Shown here: positions 36,383 to 46,472 of the stretch, piece by piece
How positions within the stretch are numbered: the first letter of the stretch is position 1
Layout of the letters: every line of letters starts with the position of its first letter
Assembly: GCA_964614645.1 (NCBI GenBank)
Contig: CAZTMA010000005.1
Span: 9,450-73,449, forward strand
DNA: 64,000 bases
Direction: 5' to 3'
From: an uncultured Anaerolineales bacterium
GTDB lineage: Bacteria; Chloroflexota; Anaerolineae; CG2-30-64-16
Position numbers and translations under genes: made by a program
Notes under the pieces: generated by a model
Databases searched by the model: none
What the model was told of the DNA's origin: nothing
What the model saw: the letters and a program-made list of their open reading frames with translations, nothing else

Positions 36383-37558
36383 ATGACAGATACGAACGAA
36401 TACTCACAACTTGTTCCACAGACCGGCGAGGAGCGGCGCTTGCCGCCCGCAGTGCTCGTGGATTCGCGCGCCTCGTTTGACCAAATGATGGCTGCGTTGC
36501 GCGAGCAGCCTGCGCTCGCGCTCGACACGGAATCCGATAGCCTCTACCGCTACTTCTACCGGGTCTGCCTCATCCAGATCAGCCTGCCCGACATGGACTA
36601 CCTCGTGGACCCGCTGCGCGTGCCCGACCTGGAGCCGCTGGGCGCGCTGCTGGCCGATCCGGGGTACCAAAAGGTGTTCCACGCGGCAGAGAACGACATC
36701 ATTACGCTGAAGCGCGATTTCGGCTTCAGCTTCGCCAACCTGTTCGACACGATGGTCGCGGCCCGAATTCTCGGCTGGCGACAGGTCAGCCTAGCCGCGC
36801 TGCTCGAAAAGCACTTCGGCGTCACGCTCGACAAGCGAACGCAGTTGACGGACTGGGGCCAACGCCCCCTCAGCAGGGCGCAGCTCAGCTATGCCCGGTT
36901 CGACAGCCACTACCTGCTGCCCCTGCGCGACCTGCTCACTGCCGAGCTGCAACGCCGGGGCCGCTGGCGCGAGGCCCAGGAGAGCCTGGCCTCCCTGGCC
37001 GAAGTGAGCTACGTCGAGAAGCCGTTCGACCCCGACGGATTCTGGCGCATCAAGGGCGCGCGCGACCTGCGGCCCTCCGAGCTAGCCGTGCTGCGTGAGC
37101 TGTACCTCTGGCGGGATAGCCAGGCGCGCGCGGCCAACCGCCCGCCGTTCAAGATCATCGGTGATAACTCACTCCTGCGGCTCAGCCAACGCCAGCCGCG
37201 GCACCTCAGCGACCTGCAGCTCAGTGAGCGACAGGTGGACCACTATGGAGACAGCCTGCTCGCCGTTATCGAGCGGGCGCAGAATGCGCCGCCGCCCCAG
37301 CCGCCCGTGCGGCAGCGCGGCGGCAATGGCCGTCCCGATCCAAACGTGGCTGCGCGCTTCGACCGGTTGCGCACGTGGCGCTCGACTCGTGCTGCCGAGC
37401 GTGGGGTGGAGGCCGACGTGGTGCTCACCAACGATGCGCTCATGGCGATTGCACGCGCCGCGCCCGCGACTCTGGACGAGCTCGCCGGACTGGAAATTCT
37501 CGGGCCCTGGAAGCTGGAGGAGTACGGCGCCGACCTGCTGGACGTGCTGGCAGCATAG
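36383..37558 (+). CDS. rnd: Ribonuclease D, a DEDDy 3'-5' exonuclease with an HRDC region.
   Basis: LALDTESD...[13 protein letters not shown]...HAAENDI motifs. Confidence 0.8.
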   Translation: MTDTNEYSQLVPQTGEERRLPPAVLVDSRASFDQMMAALREQPALALDTESDSLYRYFYRVCLIQISLPDMDYLVDPLRVPDLEPLGALLADPGYQKVFHAAENDIITLKRDFGFSFANLFDTMVAARILGWRQVSLAALLEKHFGVTLDKRTQLTDWGQRPLSRAQLSYARFDSHYLLPLRDLLTAELQRRGRWREAQESLASLAEVSYVEKPFDPDGFWRIKGARDLRPSELAVLRELYLWRDSQARAANRPPFKIIGDNSLLRLSQRQPRHLSDLQLSERQVDHYGDSLLAVIERAQNAPPPQPPVRQRGGNGRPDPNVAARFDRLRTWRSTRAAERGVEADVVLTNDALMAIARAAPATLDELAGLEILGPWKLEEYGADLLDVLAA

Positions 37559-37566
37559 GATATCGT

Positions 37567-37845
37567 ATGCCCGATCCTTCGTATCACGAGGTTCGCCTGG
37601 GCGATGTCGTGCGGATGCGCAAGGCGCACCCCTGCGGCAATGACCAGTGGGAGGTCGTGCGGCTGGGCGCAGACATCGGCATCCGCTGTCTGAAGTGCAC
37701 CCGGCGGGTCCTGCTTCCGCGCAGCCAGTTCTTGCGCCAGGTGAAAGCCCTGCTCCGGCCCGGCCCGGAACCCGCGCGCAATCCCTTCGACATGCAAGAC
37801 GACGGCCCCTTCTCCGGCGGGCCTACCGAACGATTCGACGGCTGA
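37567..37845 (+). CDS. DUF951-like small protein with a C-terminal extension.
   Basis: [44 protein letters not shown] pattern. Confidence 0.5.
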   Translation: MPDPSYHEVRLGDVVRMRKAHPCGNDQWEVVRLGADIGIRCLKCTRRVLLPRSQFLRQVKALLRPGPEPARNPFDMQDDGPFSGGPTERFDG

Positions 37846-37850
37846 CGGGC

Positions 37851-39164
37851 ATGTCTCAGATGACCGGCCGCGGCTTCCGTCCCGTGCTCGCCAACCGCTA
37901 CTTCCGCGTGCTTTGGGTGGCCCAACTGCTCGCGCTTGTGGCCCAGCACGCCATCACCTTCGTCCAGTTGGTGTTGGTCGAAAAATTGACCGGCTCCACC
38001 ATCCACCTCGGCCTGACCATCCTGGCTTTCTCCCTGCCCGGCGTGTTCCTCAGCCCAATCGCCGGCGTGACGGTGGATCGTCTGCCGCGCAAGTGGATCA
38101 TGGTCGGCTCGAACCTCGTGCGCGTCTTCTTTGCCCTCGGCTACATCCTGATCCTCCAATTGCCCGCGGGGACGTGGCAACTGCTGTCCATCTATTTCAT
38201 CACCTTCCTGACTTCAACCGTCGCCCAGTTTTTCGCCCCCGCGGAAGGCGCAACCATCCCGACCCTCGTCGGAGAGCAACACCTGCTCGCCGCAAACTCG
38301 CTCTTCACACTGACGCTCATCATGTCGCAGGTGCTGGGGCTGGTCGTGTTGGGGCCGCTCGCCATCAGCCTGCTTCGGATCGAGGGCGGGTTCGCGCTGA
38401 TTGCGGCCATGTACCTGGGGGCCACGCTGCTGCTGACGCGGCTGCCGCGGGATGTTCCCCTTGAACACGGGACCGCCAACGCGGCCTCTATCTGGCAGGC
38501 CCTGTGGGCCGACCTGCGCGAGGCCCTGCGCTTCCTCTCCGGCCACCGCCGGCTGCAGGCCAACCTGGTGCAGCTGCTCACGATTTCCACCATCATCATC
38601 CTGCTGGCGATGCTGGCTCCGGGGTATGCCGCCCGCGTCCTGGGCATGGAGCCGGAGAACGCCATCATCGTCTTCGCGCCCGCGGGCCTGGGGATGCTGC
38701 TGGCCACGGCTGCAACGGGCCGCTGGGGCCACCTGCTGCGCCGCATCGGCTTTCAACACCTGGGGCTTGCGCTGGGTGGGCTGGCCTTCGCGGGACTGGG
38801 CTGGGTCAGCCTGGACTATCACCGCCTGCTGCAGCCGCTGCTCGCCGTCTATCCGCAGGCCGCGTTCAGCCTGACGACTGTCACAATGATCCTGGGCCTC
38901 GTCCTCGGCGTCAGCCTGGCGATTGTCAACATCCTCGCGCAGACCTCCGTGCAGCAGGAGACGCCGCCCGAGATGCGCGGGCGGGTGCTGTCGCTCCAGT
39001 TCATGCTCAACAACCTCCTCGGCATCCCGCCGTTGCTCGGCTTCGGCGGCCTGGCCGATGCCATCGGCATCCCCCGTGTGATGGTCATTATCGGTCTCGT
39101 AACCGTCACGATGGGCGGCGTCAGCCTGCTGGTCACGCGCCTGCCGGTCAGCAGGTCAAGATGA
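37851..39164 (+). CDS. MFS transporter.
   Basis: 12 transmembrane segments. The ATG at 37851 is in frame with the long ORF. Confidence 0.75.
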   Translation: MSQMTGRGFRPVLANRYFRVLWVAQLLALVAQHAITFVQLVLVEKLTGSTIHLGLTILAFSLPGVFLSPIAGVTVDRLPRKWIMVGSNLVRVFFALGYILILQLPAGTWQLLSIYFITFLTSTVAQFFAPAEGATIPTLVGEQHLLAANSLFTLTLIMSQVLGLVVLGPLAISLLRIEGGFALIAAMYLGATLLLTRLPRDVPLEHGTANAASIWQALWADLREALRFLSGHRRLQANLVQLLTISTIIILLAMLAPGYAARVLGMEPENAIIVFAPAGLGMLLATAATGRWGHLLRRIGFQHLGLALGGLAFAGLGWVSLDYHRLLQPLLAVYPQAAFSLTTVTMILGLVLGVSLAIVNILAQTSVQQETPPEMRGRVLSLQFMLNNLLGIPPLLGFGGLADAIGIPRVMVIIGLVTVTMGGVSLLVTRLPVSRSR

Positions 39165-39166
39165 AT

Positions 39167-39195
39167 TTGACACAGACGCCCGGACCTAATATAAT
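39167..39195 (+). promoter_or_regulatory. Consensus sigma70 promoter.
   Basis: -35 TTGACA (39167-39172), 17-bp spacer, -10 TATAAT (39190-39195). An imperfect hairpin plus T5 run follows at about 39209-39243. Confidence 0.45.
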
Positions 39196-39285
39196 TGTAC
39201 AGCTTGAGCGGGTGAGACCCAACGTCTGTCTCGCCTGCTTTTTCTGTCTGCAATCAAACTGATACAATGTCAGGAGTTCTAATTC

Positions 39286-39426
39286 ATGTCAACCAAGCGA
39301 ACGTATCAACCGAAGAGCCGCCGCCGGGCGCGCGTGCACGGCTTTTTCAGCCGCATGAGCACCCATGTAGGCCGGCGCGTGCTGAAGGCACGCCGGGCGA
39401 GAGGCCGTAAGCGACTCACGGTCTAG
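39286..39426 (+). CDS. rpmH: 50S ribosomal protein L34.
   Basis: [46 protein letters not shown]. Not in the supplied ORF track because it is under 60 aa. RBS AGGAG. Confidence 0.92.
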   Translation: MSTKRTYQPKSRRRARVHGFFSRMSTHVGRRVLKARRARGRKRLTV

Positions 39427-39441
39427 GGTGCGAGCATCACG

Positions 39442-39819
39442 GTGGAACGCCGGTATCGGCTGAGCGACAAGGCGCGATTCCGGCAAGTGAGGCAGGAAGG
39501 CACAAGCTGTGCGCACCCATTGATGGTGCTCTGTTACCTGCCCAACGGGTTGTCTGTCAGCCGGTGTGGATTCACGGTCAGTAAGCGAATCGGGAATGCG
39601 GTGGAACGGAACAGGGTGCGCCGCCGGATGCGTGAGGCGGTGCGACTGATGTGGGAACTGGTTGAGCCGGGATATGACCTGGTTTGGATCGCCCGCTCAG
39701 GGGTCACCCGTGCGGAGTTTGCCGAGTTGCAGAGTGCTTGTGCCCGCCTGTTGCGGCGGGCACGCTTGCTAGTAAACGATGGTCAAAAGTCTGTTCCTGA
39801 CACTGATCCGGTTTTATAG
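39442..39819 (+). CDS. rnpA: Ribonuclease P protein component.
   Basis: Family-typical sequence throughout, including the basic [22 protein letters not shown] segment. GTG start. Confidence 0.85.
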   Translation: MERRYRLSDKARFRQVRQEGTSCAHPLMVLCYLPNGLSVSRCGFTVSKRIGNAVERNRVRRRMREAVRLMWELVEPGYDLVWIARSGVTRAEFAELQSACARLLRRARLLVNDGQKSVPDTDPVL

Positions 39820-39991
39820 ACGCTGGATTTCACCAGCGTTACCGCCCTCCTGCCGCTTCTACCCGAGCTGTTCGGAGTATACCTACGAGGCGATCGAGAA
39901 ATACGGGGCCTTACGTGGTGGCTGGATGGGCGTGCGGCGCATTGTCAGATGTAACCCCTGGACCCCCGGCGGTTACGATCCTGTGCCCTAA
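39779..39991 (+). CDS. yidD: Membrane protein insertion efficiency factor.
   Basis: FYRRWISP...[15 protein letters not shown]...RCNPW motifs. Confidence 0.85.
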   Translation: MVKSLFLTLIRFYRRWISPALPPSCRFYPSCSEYTYEAIEKYGALRGGWMGVRRIVRCNPWTPGGYDPVP

Positions 39992-40012
39992 CTATCAGGA
40001 GTTTCTAAGAGC

Positions 40013-40987
40013 GTGAATAAAAAGCGCCGAACCTTGCTCTTGCTGGCGGTCATGGTCATGGCGACCATGATCCTCTCAGGATGCACCCTGCCGCAAGGTG
40101 ATGTCGATCTCAACAACCCATCAGGTGTGTGGAACACCCTCGTCTACCTCGTGGCGAAGCTGCTCATCGCCCTCAACAACGGCCTCGAATCCATTGGGAT
40201 TCCCTATAGCTGGGGCTGGGCGATCATCATCTTCACGATTGCCATCAAGCTTGTCACCCTGCCGCTGACCCTCAAGCAGCTTCAGTCCACCAAAGCGCAG
40301 CAGGAACTCCAGCCCAAGCTCCGTGAATTGCAGGAGAAGTACGGCAAGGATCGCCAGAAGCTTTCCGAAGAGCAGATGAAGCTCTACAAGGAATCTGGCA
40401 TCAATCCGATGGGCGGATGTCTACCCCTGCTCATCCAGATGCCCGTGCTGTTCGCACTTTATCAGGCGCTGTATATCCTGGCGAACCCCAGCGTCAACGA
40501 GTTGACCAACGCGCGCTTCTTCTGGATTCCGGACCTATCCTATCCTTCCCTGGAGGTCGGCACCAGCTGGATTGGCTCGAGCTTCACGGAGGGCAACTGG
40601 GGCAAGCTGATCACCTATTTCAGCCTGCCCGTCGTCATGCTCATCACGCAGATGCTGCTCCAGAAGATGTCGCAGCCGCGTAAAGACCCGAAGAGCGGCC
40701 AACAAGACGCGCAGGCGCGGATGATGGGCCAGATGATGCTGTTCATGCCCATCATGTTCGGCTACATCACCCTGGGGCTGCCTTCCGGCCTGACCCTCTA
40801 CTGGACCGTATCGAACATCCTGGGCATGATCCAGCAGTACTTCATCACCGGATGGGGCGGCTTGGGCGATTGGTTCGCGTTCCTGCGCAAGCCTGACGCA
40901 GCGTCGGTCGCGGTCACCGCTGGCGGTCCTTCGGTGATGCCGACTGAGCCCGAACGGCAGGTCAAGCGGCGCAAGCGCCGCAAATAG
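40013..40987 (+). CDS. yidC: Membrane protein insertase of the YidC/Oxa1 family, short lipoprotein form.
   Basis: Lipoprotein signal ending in SGC. 60-kDa insertase core. Confidence 0.85.
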   Translation: MNKKRRTLLLLAVMVMATMILSGCTLPQGDVDLNNPSGVWNTLVYLVAKLLIALNNGLESIGIPYSWGWAIIIFTIAIKLVTLPLTLKQLQSTKAQQELQPKLRELQEKYGKDRQKLSEEQMKLYKESGINPMGGCLPLLIQMPVLFALYQALYILANPSVNELTNARFFWIPDLSYPSLEVGTSWIGSSFTEGNWGKLITYFSLPVVMLITQMLLQKMSQPRKDPKSGQQDAQARMMGQMMLFMPIMFGYITLGLPSGLTLYWTVSNILGMIQQYFITGWGGLGDWFAFLRKPDAASVAVTAGGPSVMPTEPERQVKRRKRRK

Positions 40988-41031
40988 AGCCCGCAGCGGC
41001 CAGTGTCATGTGATTTGAGGTAGTTACAGGA

Positions 41032-41880
41032 ATGATCTCAGATAACGAACGCAGCGGAGAATTCCGCGGAAAAACAATCGAGGCAGCTATCAGCGCGGGA
41101 TTGGCCGCGCTGCGCGTGTCGCGTGAAGAGGTCGAAATCGAGGTCGTGCGGCCAGGCAGCCGCGGGGTATTGGGCATCGGCGCTGAAGATGCCGTCGTGC
41201 GCCTGACGGCCATCCGGCCTGAACGGCCGGCGCCGAAGGCCGCAGCCCCGGTCCGCCAGCCCGCTCCGCCTGTCGCAGAGCCGGCCCGGCCCGCGCCTGC
41301 GCGTACCGAACCAAAGCCCGTAGCCACGCCGACGCCTCAGCCCAAGGTCGCCCCACGCCAGCCTGAGAATCGCCCCCTGGCGGTAGGTGATGACAAGGCC
41401 ATGGTTGCAGCGCAGAAAGGCCGGGAGATTCTCGCGGGCCTGCTGGAACGCATGAACCTGCGCGCCACGGTCGAGGTCGTGGCGCAGAGCGAAGCGGAAA
41501 CGGACGAAGAAGACGAGTCCGTGCTGGTCCTGAATATCCAGGGCGAGGATTTGGGCGCCTTGATCGGCCGCCAGAATGAAACGCTGTCGGCGCTCGAATT
41601 CCTGACCCGCCTGATGGTGAACCAGCAAGTGCACATGCGGACGTCCTTTGTGGTGGATGTCAACGGCTATCGCGCCAAGCGCGCAGAGGCGCTGCGCAAG
41701 CTGGCGCTGCGCATGGCGGAACAGGCTATGCAGACCAACCGCACAGTCTCGCTGGAGCCGATGCCGCCAGCCGAACGCCGCATCATCCACATCGCCCTGC
41801 GCGAACACCCCTCCGTAACCACGGAGAGCGTGGGTGAGGGCGACCGCCGCAAGGTCACCATCGTCCCGAAGCGCAGCTGA
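41032..41880 (+). CDS. jag: Jag/KhpB RNA-binding protein with KH and R3H domains.
   Basis: Jag N-terminal domain, a Pro/Ala-rich linker, and a C-terminal R3H domain (AERRIIHIAL). Confidence 0.8.
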   Translation: MISDNERSGEFRGKTIEAAISAGLAALRVSREEVEIEVVRPGSRGVLGIGAEDAVVRLTAIRPERPAPKAAAPVRQPAPPVAEPARPAPARTEPKPVATPTPQPKVAPRQPENRPLAVGDDKAMVAAQKGREILAGLLERMNLRATVEVVAQSEAETDEEDESVLVLNIQGEDLGALIGRQNETLSALEFLTRLMVNQQVHMRTSFVVDVNGYRAKRAEALRKLALRMAEQAMQTNRTVSLEPMPPAERRIIHIALREHPSVTTESVGEGDRRKVTIVPKRS

Positions 41881-41982
41881 CCCTGCCGTGCAGGCTGGCC
41901 TCGCGTGAGGTAGCGCGATTCGCCGCTCATTCTGTCCCGGCTGGAACTGCAGGCTGCGACAGCCATAACCCTGTGTTCACCG

Positions 41983-42014
41983 CGCCGGCCCTTAGCTAAA
42001 AGGGCCGGCGTTTT
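41983..42014 (+). terminator. Rho-independent terminator after jag.
   Basis: 11-bp perfect stem CGCCGGCCCTT/AAGGGCCGGCG, 6-nt loop, T4 run. Confidence 0.65.
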
Positions 42015-42072
42015 CATGCAGTCCACCCGCTGTGTTACAATAGACCCCAGCTACCCTTACAAGAGGTCTCGC

Positions 42073-42951
42073 GTGCCCATAGATTTCCTGACAATCGGCC
42101 ACATCACCCATGACCGCACCCCTGAGGGATTCCGCCTCGGCGGCACCGTGTCTTTTGCAGCCGTCACCGCGCGGCGACTGGGCCACCAGCCAGCCATCGT
42201 CACCCGTGGCTCAGCCGAGTTGTTGCACGACGGCGCGGACACCGCCACGCGCGGCTACCACGTCGCCCCCCCAGGCAGCCCGCTGGCAGGGATTCCGATC
42301 CGGCTGCTGCCTTCGCCCGTCAGCACGACCTTTACGAATATCTATCATGGCGGCCAACGCACCCAAATCCTCGAGGCCCTGGCCGATCCGATCGCGCCTG
42401 ACGAGCTGCCCGACGAGTGGCGCGCCGCGGCCATCGTCCTGCTGGGGCCGATTGCCCGCGAGATTCCGACCGAGTGGGCTGACGTCTTTCCCAACTCCCT
42501 TGTCGGCATCACACCCCAGGGCTGGATGCGCCAATGGGATGAGGCAGGGCACGTCCGCCCAGCGGGCTGGCACAACGCGGCCCCGTTCCTGCGCCATGCG
42601 GATGCCGTCATCCTGAGCCGTGAGGATGTCGGCGGCGATGACGCGTATCTGAAGGACCTGGCAGAGCAGACGAAACTGCTGGTTGTAACCGACGGCTATC
42701 ACGGCGCCTGGATCTATACCGGCGGCCATAGCTACCATATTCGCCCGCGTGCCGCTCAGGAAGTGGACCCGACGGGAGCAGGCGACGTCTTTGCCACATC
42801 GTTTCTCATTCACCTCAGCGAGACGGGCGACCCGTTGGCCGCTGCGCGCTTCGCCAACATCGTCGCGTCGATGTCCATCGAAGCTCCGGGGATGGACGCC
42901 ATCCCGGAGCGGGCGCAGGTTGATGCCTGGTTGAGACAGCAAGCGACATGA
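42073..42951 (+). CDS. PfkB-family carbohydrate kinase, ribokinase-like.
   Basis: N-terminal glycine-rich FLTIGHITHD region and the C-terminal DPTGAGD anion-hole motif. GTG start with a TGTTACAAT -10 upstream. Confidence 0.7.
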   Translation: MPIDFLTIGHITHDRTPEGFRLGGTVSFAAVTARRLGHQPAIVTRGSAELLHDGADTATRGYHVAPPGSPLAGIPIRLLPSPVSTTFTNIYHGGQRTQILEALADPIAPDELPDEWRAAAIVLLGPIAREIPTEWADVFPNSLVGITPQGWMRQWDEAGHVRPAGWHNAAPFLRHADAVILSREDVGGDDAYLKDLAEQTKLLVVTDGYHGAWIYTGGHSYHIRPRAAQEVDPTGAGDVFATSFLIHLSETGDPLAAARFANIVASMSIEAPGMDAIPERAQVDAWLRQQAT

Positions 42952-43745
42952 CGCGCATCTACGCATTCGCCAACCAAAAGGGCGGCGTCGGCAAGACTAC
43001 CACCGCGGTCAACCTGGCCGCGTATCTGGCCGATGCCGGGCGACGCGTGCTGCTCATCGATTCCGACCCGCAGGCCAATGCGACCAGCAGCCTGGGCGTG
43101 GATGCGACAACCCTGCCGGCTTCCCTCTACGATGTCCTCGTGCGCCGCGTGCCGCTGACCGACATCATCATGTCCACCGACCTGCCCGGGCTGGCCCTGG
43201 CGCCCAGCGCCCCGGCACTGGCCGGCGCGGAAGTGGAGATGGTCTCCATGCTGGCCCGCGAACACCTGCTGCGTCGCGCGCTGGATGGTGTGAGCGAGCA
43301 GTATGACCACGTCCTGGTGGATTGCCCGCCCAGTCTCGGCCTGTTGACTCTGAACGCGCTGACCTGTGCCACCGACGGCGTCATCGTGCCCATCCAGTGC
43401 GAATATCTGGCTCTGGAGGGACTGGGCCGGCTGTGGCAGACCATCCAACTCGTGCGCGAGAACCTCAACCCGCAGCTCTATATCAGCGGCCTGATTCTGA
43501 CCATGTTCGACTCGCGCACCAACCTGGCCGAACAGGTCGCCAACGAAGTGCGCACCCATTTCAGCGAGCAGACTTTCCGTACCGTCATTCCGCGCAGTAT
43601 CCGCCTGAGCGAAGCGCCCAGCTACGGGCGCACCATCATGAACTATGCGCCGCAATCTGCCGGCGCGCTGGCCTACCAGGCGCTGGCGCAGGAGTTGCTG
43701 GAGCGGGAAGCGATCTTAGGGTCGATTCAGAAAAGGGTCGCGTAG
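42948..43745 (+). CDS. parA: Chromosome-partitioning ATPase ParA/Soj.
   Basis: Deviant Walker A NQKGGVGKTTT. Confidence 0.9.
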   Translation: MTRIYAFANQKGGVGKTTTAVNLAAYLADAGRRVLLIDSDPQANATSSLGVDATTLPASLYDVLVRRVPLTDIIMSTDLPGLALAPSAPALAGAEVEMVSMLAREHLLRRALDGVSEQYDHVLVDCPPSLGLLTLNALTCATDGVIVPIQCEYLALEGLGRLWQTIQLVRENLNPQLYISGLILTMFDSRTNLAEQVANEVRTHFSEQTFRTVIPRSIRLSEAPSYGRTIMNYAPQSAGALAYQALAQELLEREAILGSIQKRVA

Positions 43746-43826
43746 CCCCTTGCGGGCGTTCTCACGGGCACATGGCCCTATGCGACAATTCCTGAGTGGA
43801 ACCGCGGTGTGAGGCAGGAGGTTGAC

Positions 43827-44732
43827 ATGCCACAACCAACACGTGGACTGGGCCGGGGCCTGGGTGCGCTCATTCCGCAGGGGAGCCGGGCCAATGAGCC
43901 GTCGGAAGAAGGGACTCAGCCAGCGCCGGGCATCCTCCAGGTCCCGGTGGGCGAGATCGTCCCCAACCCACGCCAGCCGCGCGGCAAGATTGCCCCGGAA
44001 TCGCTGAACGAGCTGGCCGCCTCCATCCGCGAACACGGGATGCTCCAGCCGCTCATCGTCACCCGCGGCCGGCCAACCGACCGCGTGCCGTATCAGCTCA
44101 TTGCAGGTGAGCGGCGCTGGCGGGCCGCGCAATTGGCCGGACTGCCGACCGTGCCGGTGCTCATCAAAGAGGCGACCCCTCAGCAGTTGCTCGAGATTGC
44201 GCTCGTGGAGAACATCCAGCGCGCGGACCTCAACGCGCTGGAGGAGGCGGAAGCCTACCATGCGCTCATCGAGGATTTCCGGCTGAGCCAGCAGGAAGTG
44301 GCCGACCGCGTGGGCCGCAACCGGGTGACGGTCGCGAATGCGCTGCGCCTGCTGCGGCTGCCCGATGCGGTCAAGGCGCTGCTCTCGGAGGGGGAGCTCA
44401 CCGAGGGCCATGCCCGCGCGCTGCTGGGGCTGGATGACGACACGCTCATCGAACGGGCCGCGGAGCAGGTGACAACACGCGGGTTGAACGTCCGCCAGAC
44501 CGAGGAACTGGTCCGGCGCCTTCTCGCGGCGCAACAGAATGAGGCAGCTGGTGAAGCGGAGGACGCTGCGCCCCCCGATCCCCTGACCCGCCAGCTCGAG
44601 GACGCCTTCCGCGGCGCACTCGGCACGAAAGTTGCACTTACGCGCGGCCGCCGCGGCGGTCGCCTGGTCATCTCCTTCTACTCGGACGAGGAATTGCAGA
44701 CCATCTACGAACGGATTGTGGGGAACGAGTGA
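43827..44732 (+). CDS. parB: Chromosome-partitioning protein ParB/Spo0J.
   Basis: Conserved ParB-box region GERRWRAA and an HTH. ATG after RBS AGGCAGGAGG. Confidence 0.9.
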   Translation: MPQPTRGLGRGLGALIPQGSRANEPSEEGTQPAPGILQVPVGEIVPNPRQPRGKIAPESLNELAASIREHGMLQPLIVTRGRPTDRVPYQLIAGERRWRAAQLAGLPTVPVLIKEATPQQLLEIALVENIQRADLNALEEAEAYHALIEDFRLSQQEVADRVGRNRVTVANALRLLRLPDAVKALLSEGELTEGHARALLGLDDDTLIERAAEQVTTRGLNVRQTEELVRRLLAAQQNEAAGEAEDAAPPDPLTRQLEDAFRGALGTKVALTRGRRGGRLVISFYSDEELQTIYERIVGNE

Positions 44733-46378
44733 TGACCGCCCGCCCTCTCTACGCTGACCTGCTCTTCACCGGCGGCCCTGTCTATACCGCCGATCCCGCC
44801 GGCCTTCGCTGGGCCGAGGCCGTCGCCGTGCGCGACGGGCGTATCCTGGCCGTTGGCTCCGCAGCGGAGCTGGCCGACCTGCGCGGGCCGCAGACCGAGC
44901 TAGTTGACCTCGCCGGCCACCTGCTGCTGCCCGGCTTCACCGAGAGCCACGTCCATTTCATCGAGCTGGCGCTGCGCGCGGTGCAGGTGGATGCCACCGA
45001 TGCTGTCTCGGCCCACGAGGTTGCGGGCATGGTGGATGCCGCGCTGGCGCAGCGCCGCCAGGACGCCGGCGGCGGGTGGGTGCGCGGCGGCGGCTGGAAC
45101 GTCAACATCTGGGCCGACGGCAGCCTTCCCCACCGCCGCATCCTGGACGCGGCCGCGCCCGACACCCCTGTCGCGCTGGACAGCAAGGCGATGCACGCAG
45201 TGTGGGTCAACAGCGCGGCGTTGCGGCGGGCAGGCATCACCGCGGCGACCCCGGACGTACCGGGCGGCGTCATCGAACGGGACGCAGATGGCGAACCCAC
45301 GGGGGTGCTGCACGAAAACGCGGCCGACCTGGTGGCGCGGACCTATCCGAAACCGGAAGTAGCAGACACCATCGCGGCAGTCCGGGCCGCGACGCCGGGC
45401 ATGTGGCAGACCGGTATCGTAGCTCTGCACAACGCCAATGACTCGTGCGAGGGCCTGTCCTTCCGCACGTACCAGGCGCTCCGCAGCGAAGGGCGGCTCG
45501 GGCTGCGCGTCGTGCAGCACATTCCCGTCTGCAATCTCCCCCATGCGGCGGCGCTCGGCCTGCGCAGCGGACTGGGTGATGCGTGGCTGCGCGTGGGCGG
45601 CATCAAGATGTTCGCGGACGGCGCGCTCGGCAACCGCACGGCCAGCATGCTGCAGCCGTTTACCGGCGAGCCGGACAACTGGGGCGTGCCGACCACCGAC
45701 CCGGAGGAAATGCTGGAGCTGGCGCTCGCGGCATCAGCCGCGGGCCTCAGCCTTACCATCCATGCGATCGGTGACCGCGCCAACCGCGACGTGCTGAACG
45801 TCCTGGCCGAGGTGCGGCGGCAGGAGGCGCTGCACGGCAGCGCACCGCACCTCCGCCATCGCATCGAGCATGTGCAGGTGATCCACCCGGCGGACCTGCC
45901 GCGGCTGGCGGGGCTGGATGTGCTCGCGTCGGTCCAGCCCATCCACGCAACATCGGATATGCTGATCGTGAACCGTTTCTGGGGGCCGGAGCGCGCGCCC
46001 GGCGCCTATGCATTCCGCAGCCTGCTTGACTCCGGTGCGCATCTTGTGTTCGGCTCGGATGGGCCGATCGAGCCGCATGCGCCGCTCACCGGCATCCACG
46101 CGGCTGTGACGCGCCGCCGCGCGGACGGCACGCCCGGCCCTGACGGGTGGCAGCCGCAGGAGCGCATCACGGTGGCCGAGGCGGTGGACGCGTACACCTA
46201 CTGGCCGGCCTATGCCGCGGGGGAAGAAAGTTACCGCGGCAGCATCACGCCGGGGAAGGTGGCGGACCTGGTGGTGCTGGGGGCCAATATCTTCGAAGCG
46301 GACCCGATGACCATCCGCGATGCGCCGGTGGCGATGACCGTGCTGGACGGGAAGGTCGTCTGGCGGGCCGGAAGCTAG
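44729..46378 (+). CDS. Metal-dependent amidohydrolase, amidohydrolase-3-like.
   Basis: FTESHVHF metal-binding HxH motif and fold-wide similarity. Confidence 0.7.
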   Translation: MMTARPLYADLLFTGGPVYTADPAGLRWAEAVAVRDGRILAVGSAAELADLRGPQTELVDLAGHLLLPGFTESHVHFIELALRAVQVDATDAVSAHEVAGMVDAALAQRRQDAGGGWVRGGGWNVNIWADGSLPHRRILDAAAPDTPVALDSKAMHAVWVNSAALRRAGITAATPDVPGGVIERDADGEPTGVLHENAADLVARTYPKPEVADTIAAVRAATPGMWQTGIVALHNANDSCEGLSFRTYQALRSEGRLGLRVVQHIPVCNLPHAAALGLRSGLGDAWLRVGGIKMFADGALGNRTASMLQPFTGEPDNWGVPTTDPEEMLELALAASAAGLSLTIHAIGDRANRDVLNVLAEVRRQEALHGSAPHLRHRIEHVQVIHPADLPRLAGLDVLASVQPIHATSDMLIVNRFWGPERAPGAYAFRSLLDSGAHLVFGSDGPIEPHAPLTGIHAAVTRRRADGTPGPDGWQPQERITVAEAVDAYTYWPAYAAGEESYRGSITPGKVADLVVLGANIFEADPMTIRDAPVAMTVLDGKVVWRAGS

Positions 46379-46472
46379 TACACCGCCACGCTGATCTTGA
46401 GGAACGTAGCGTGGCCCCTTGTGGGCGTAGCCGCGTTGGCGCCAGGACGGGCACAAGGCCCGACGCTACATA

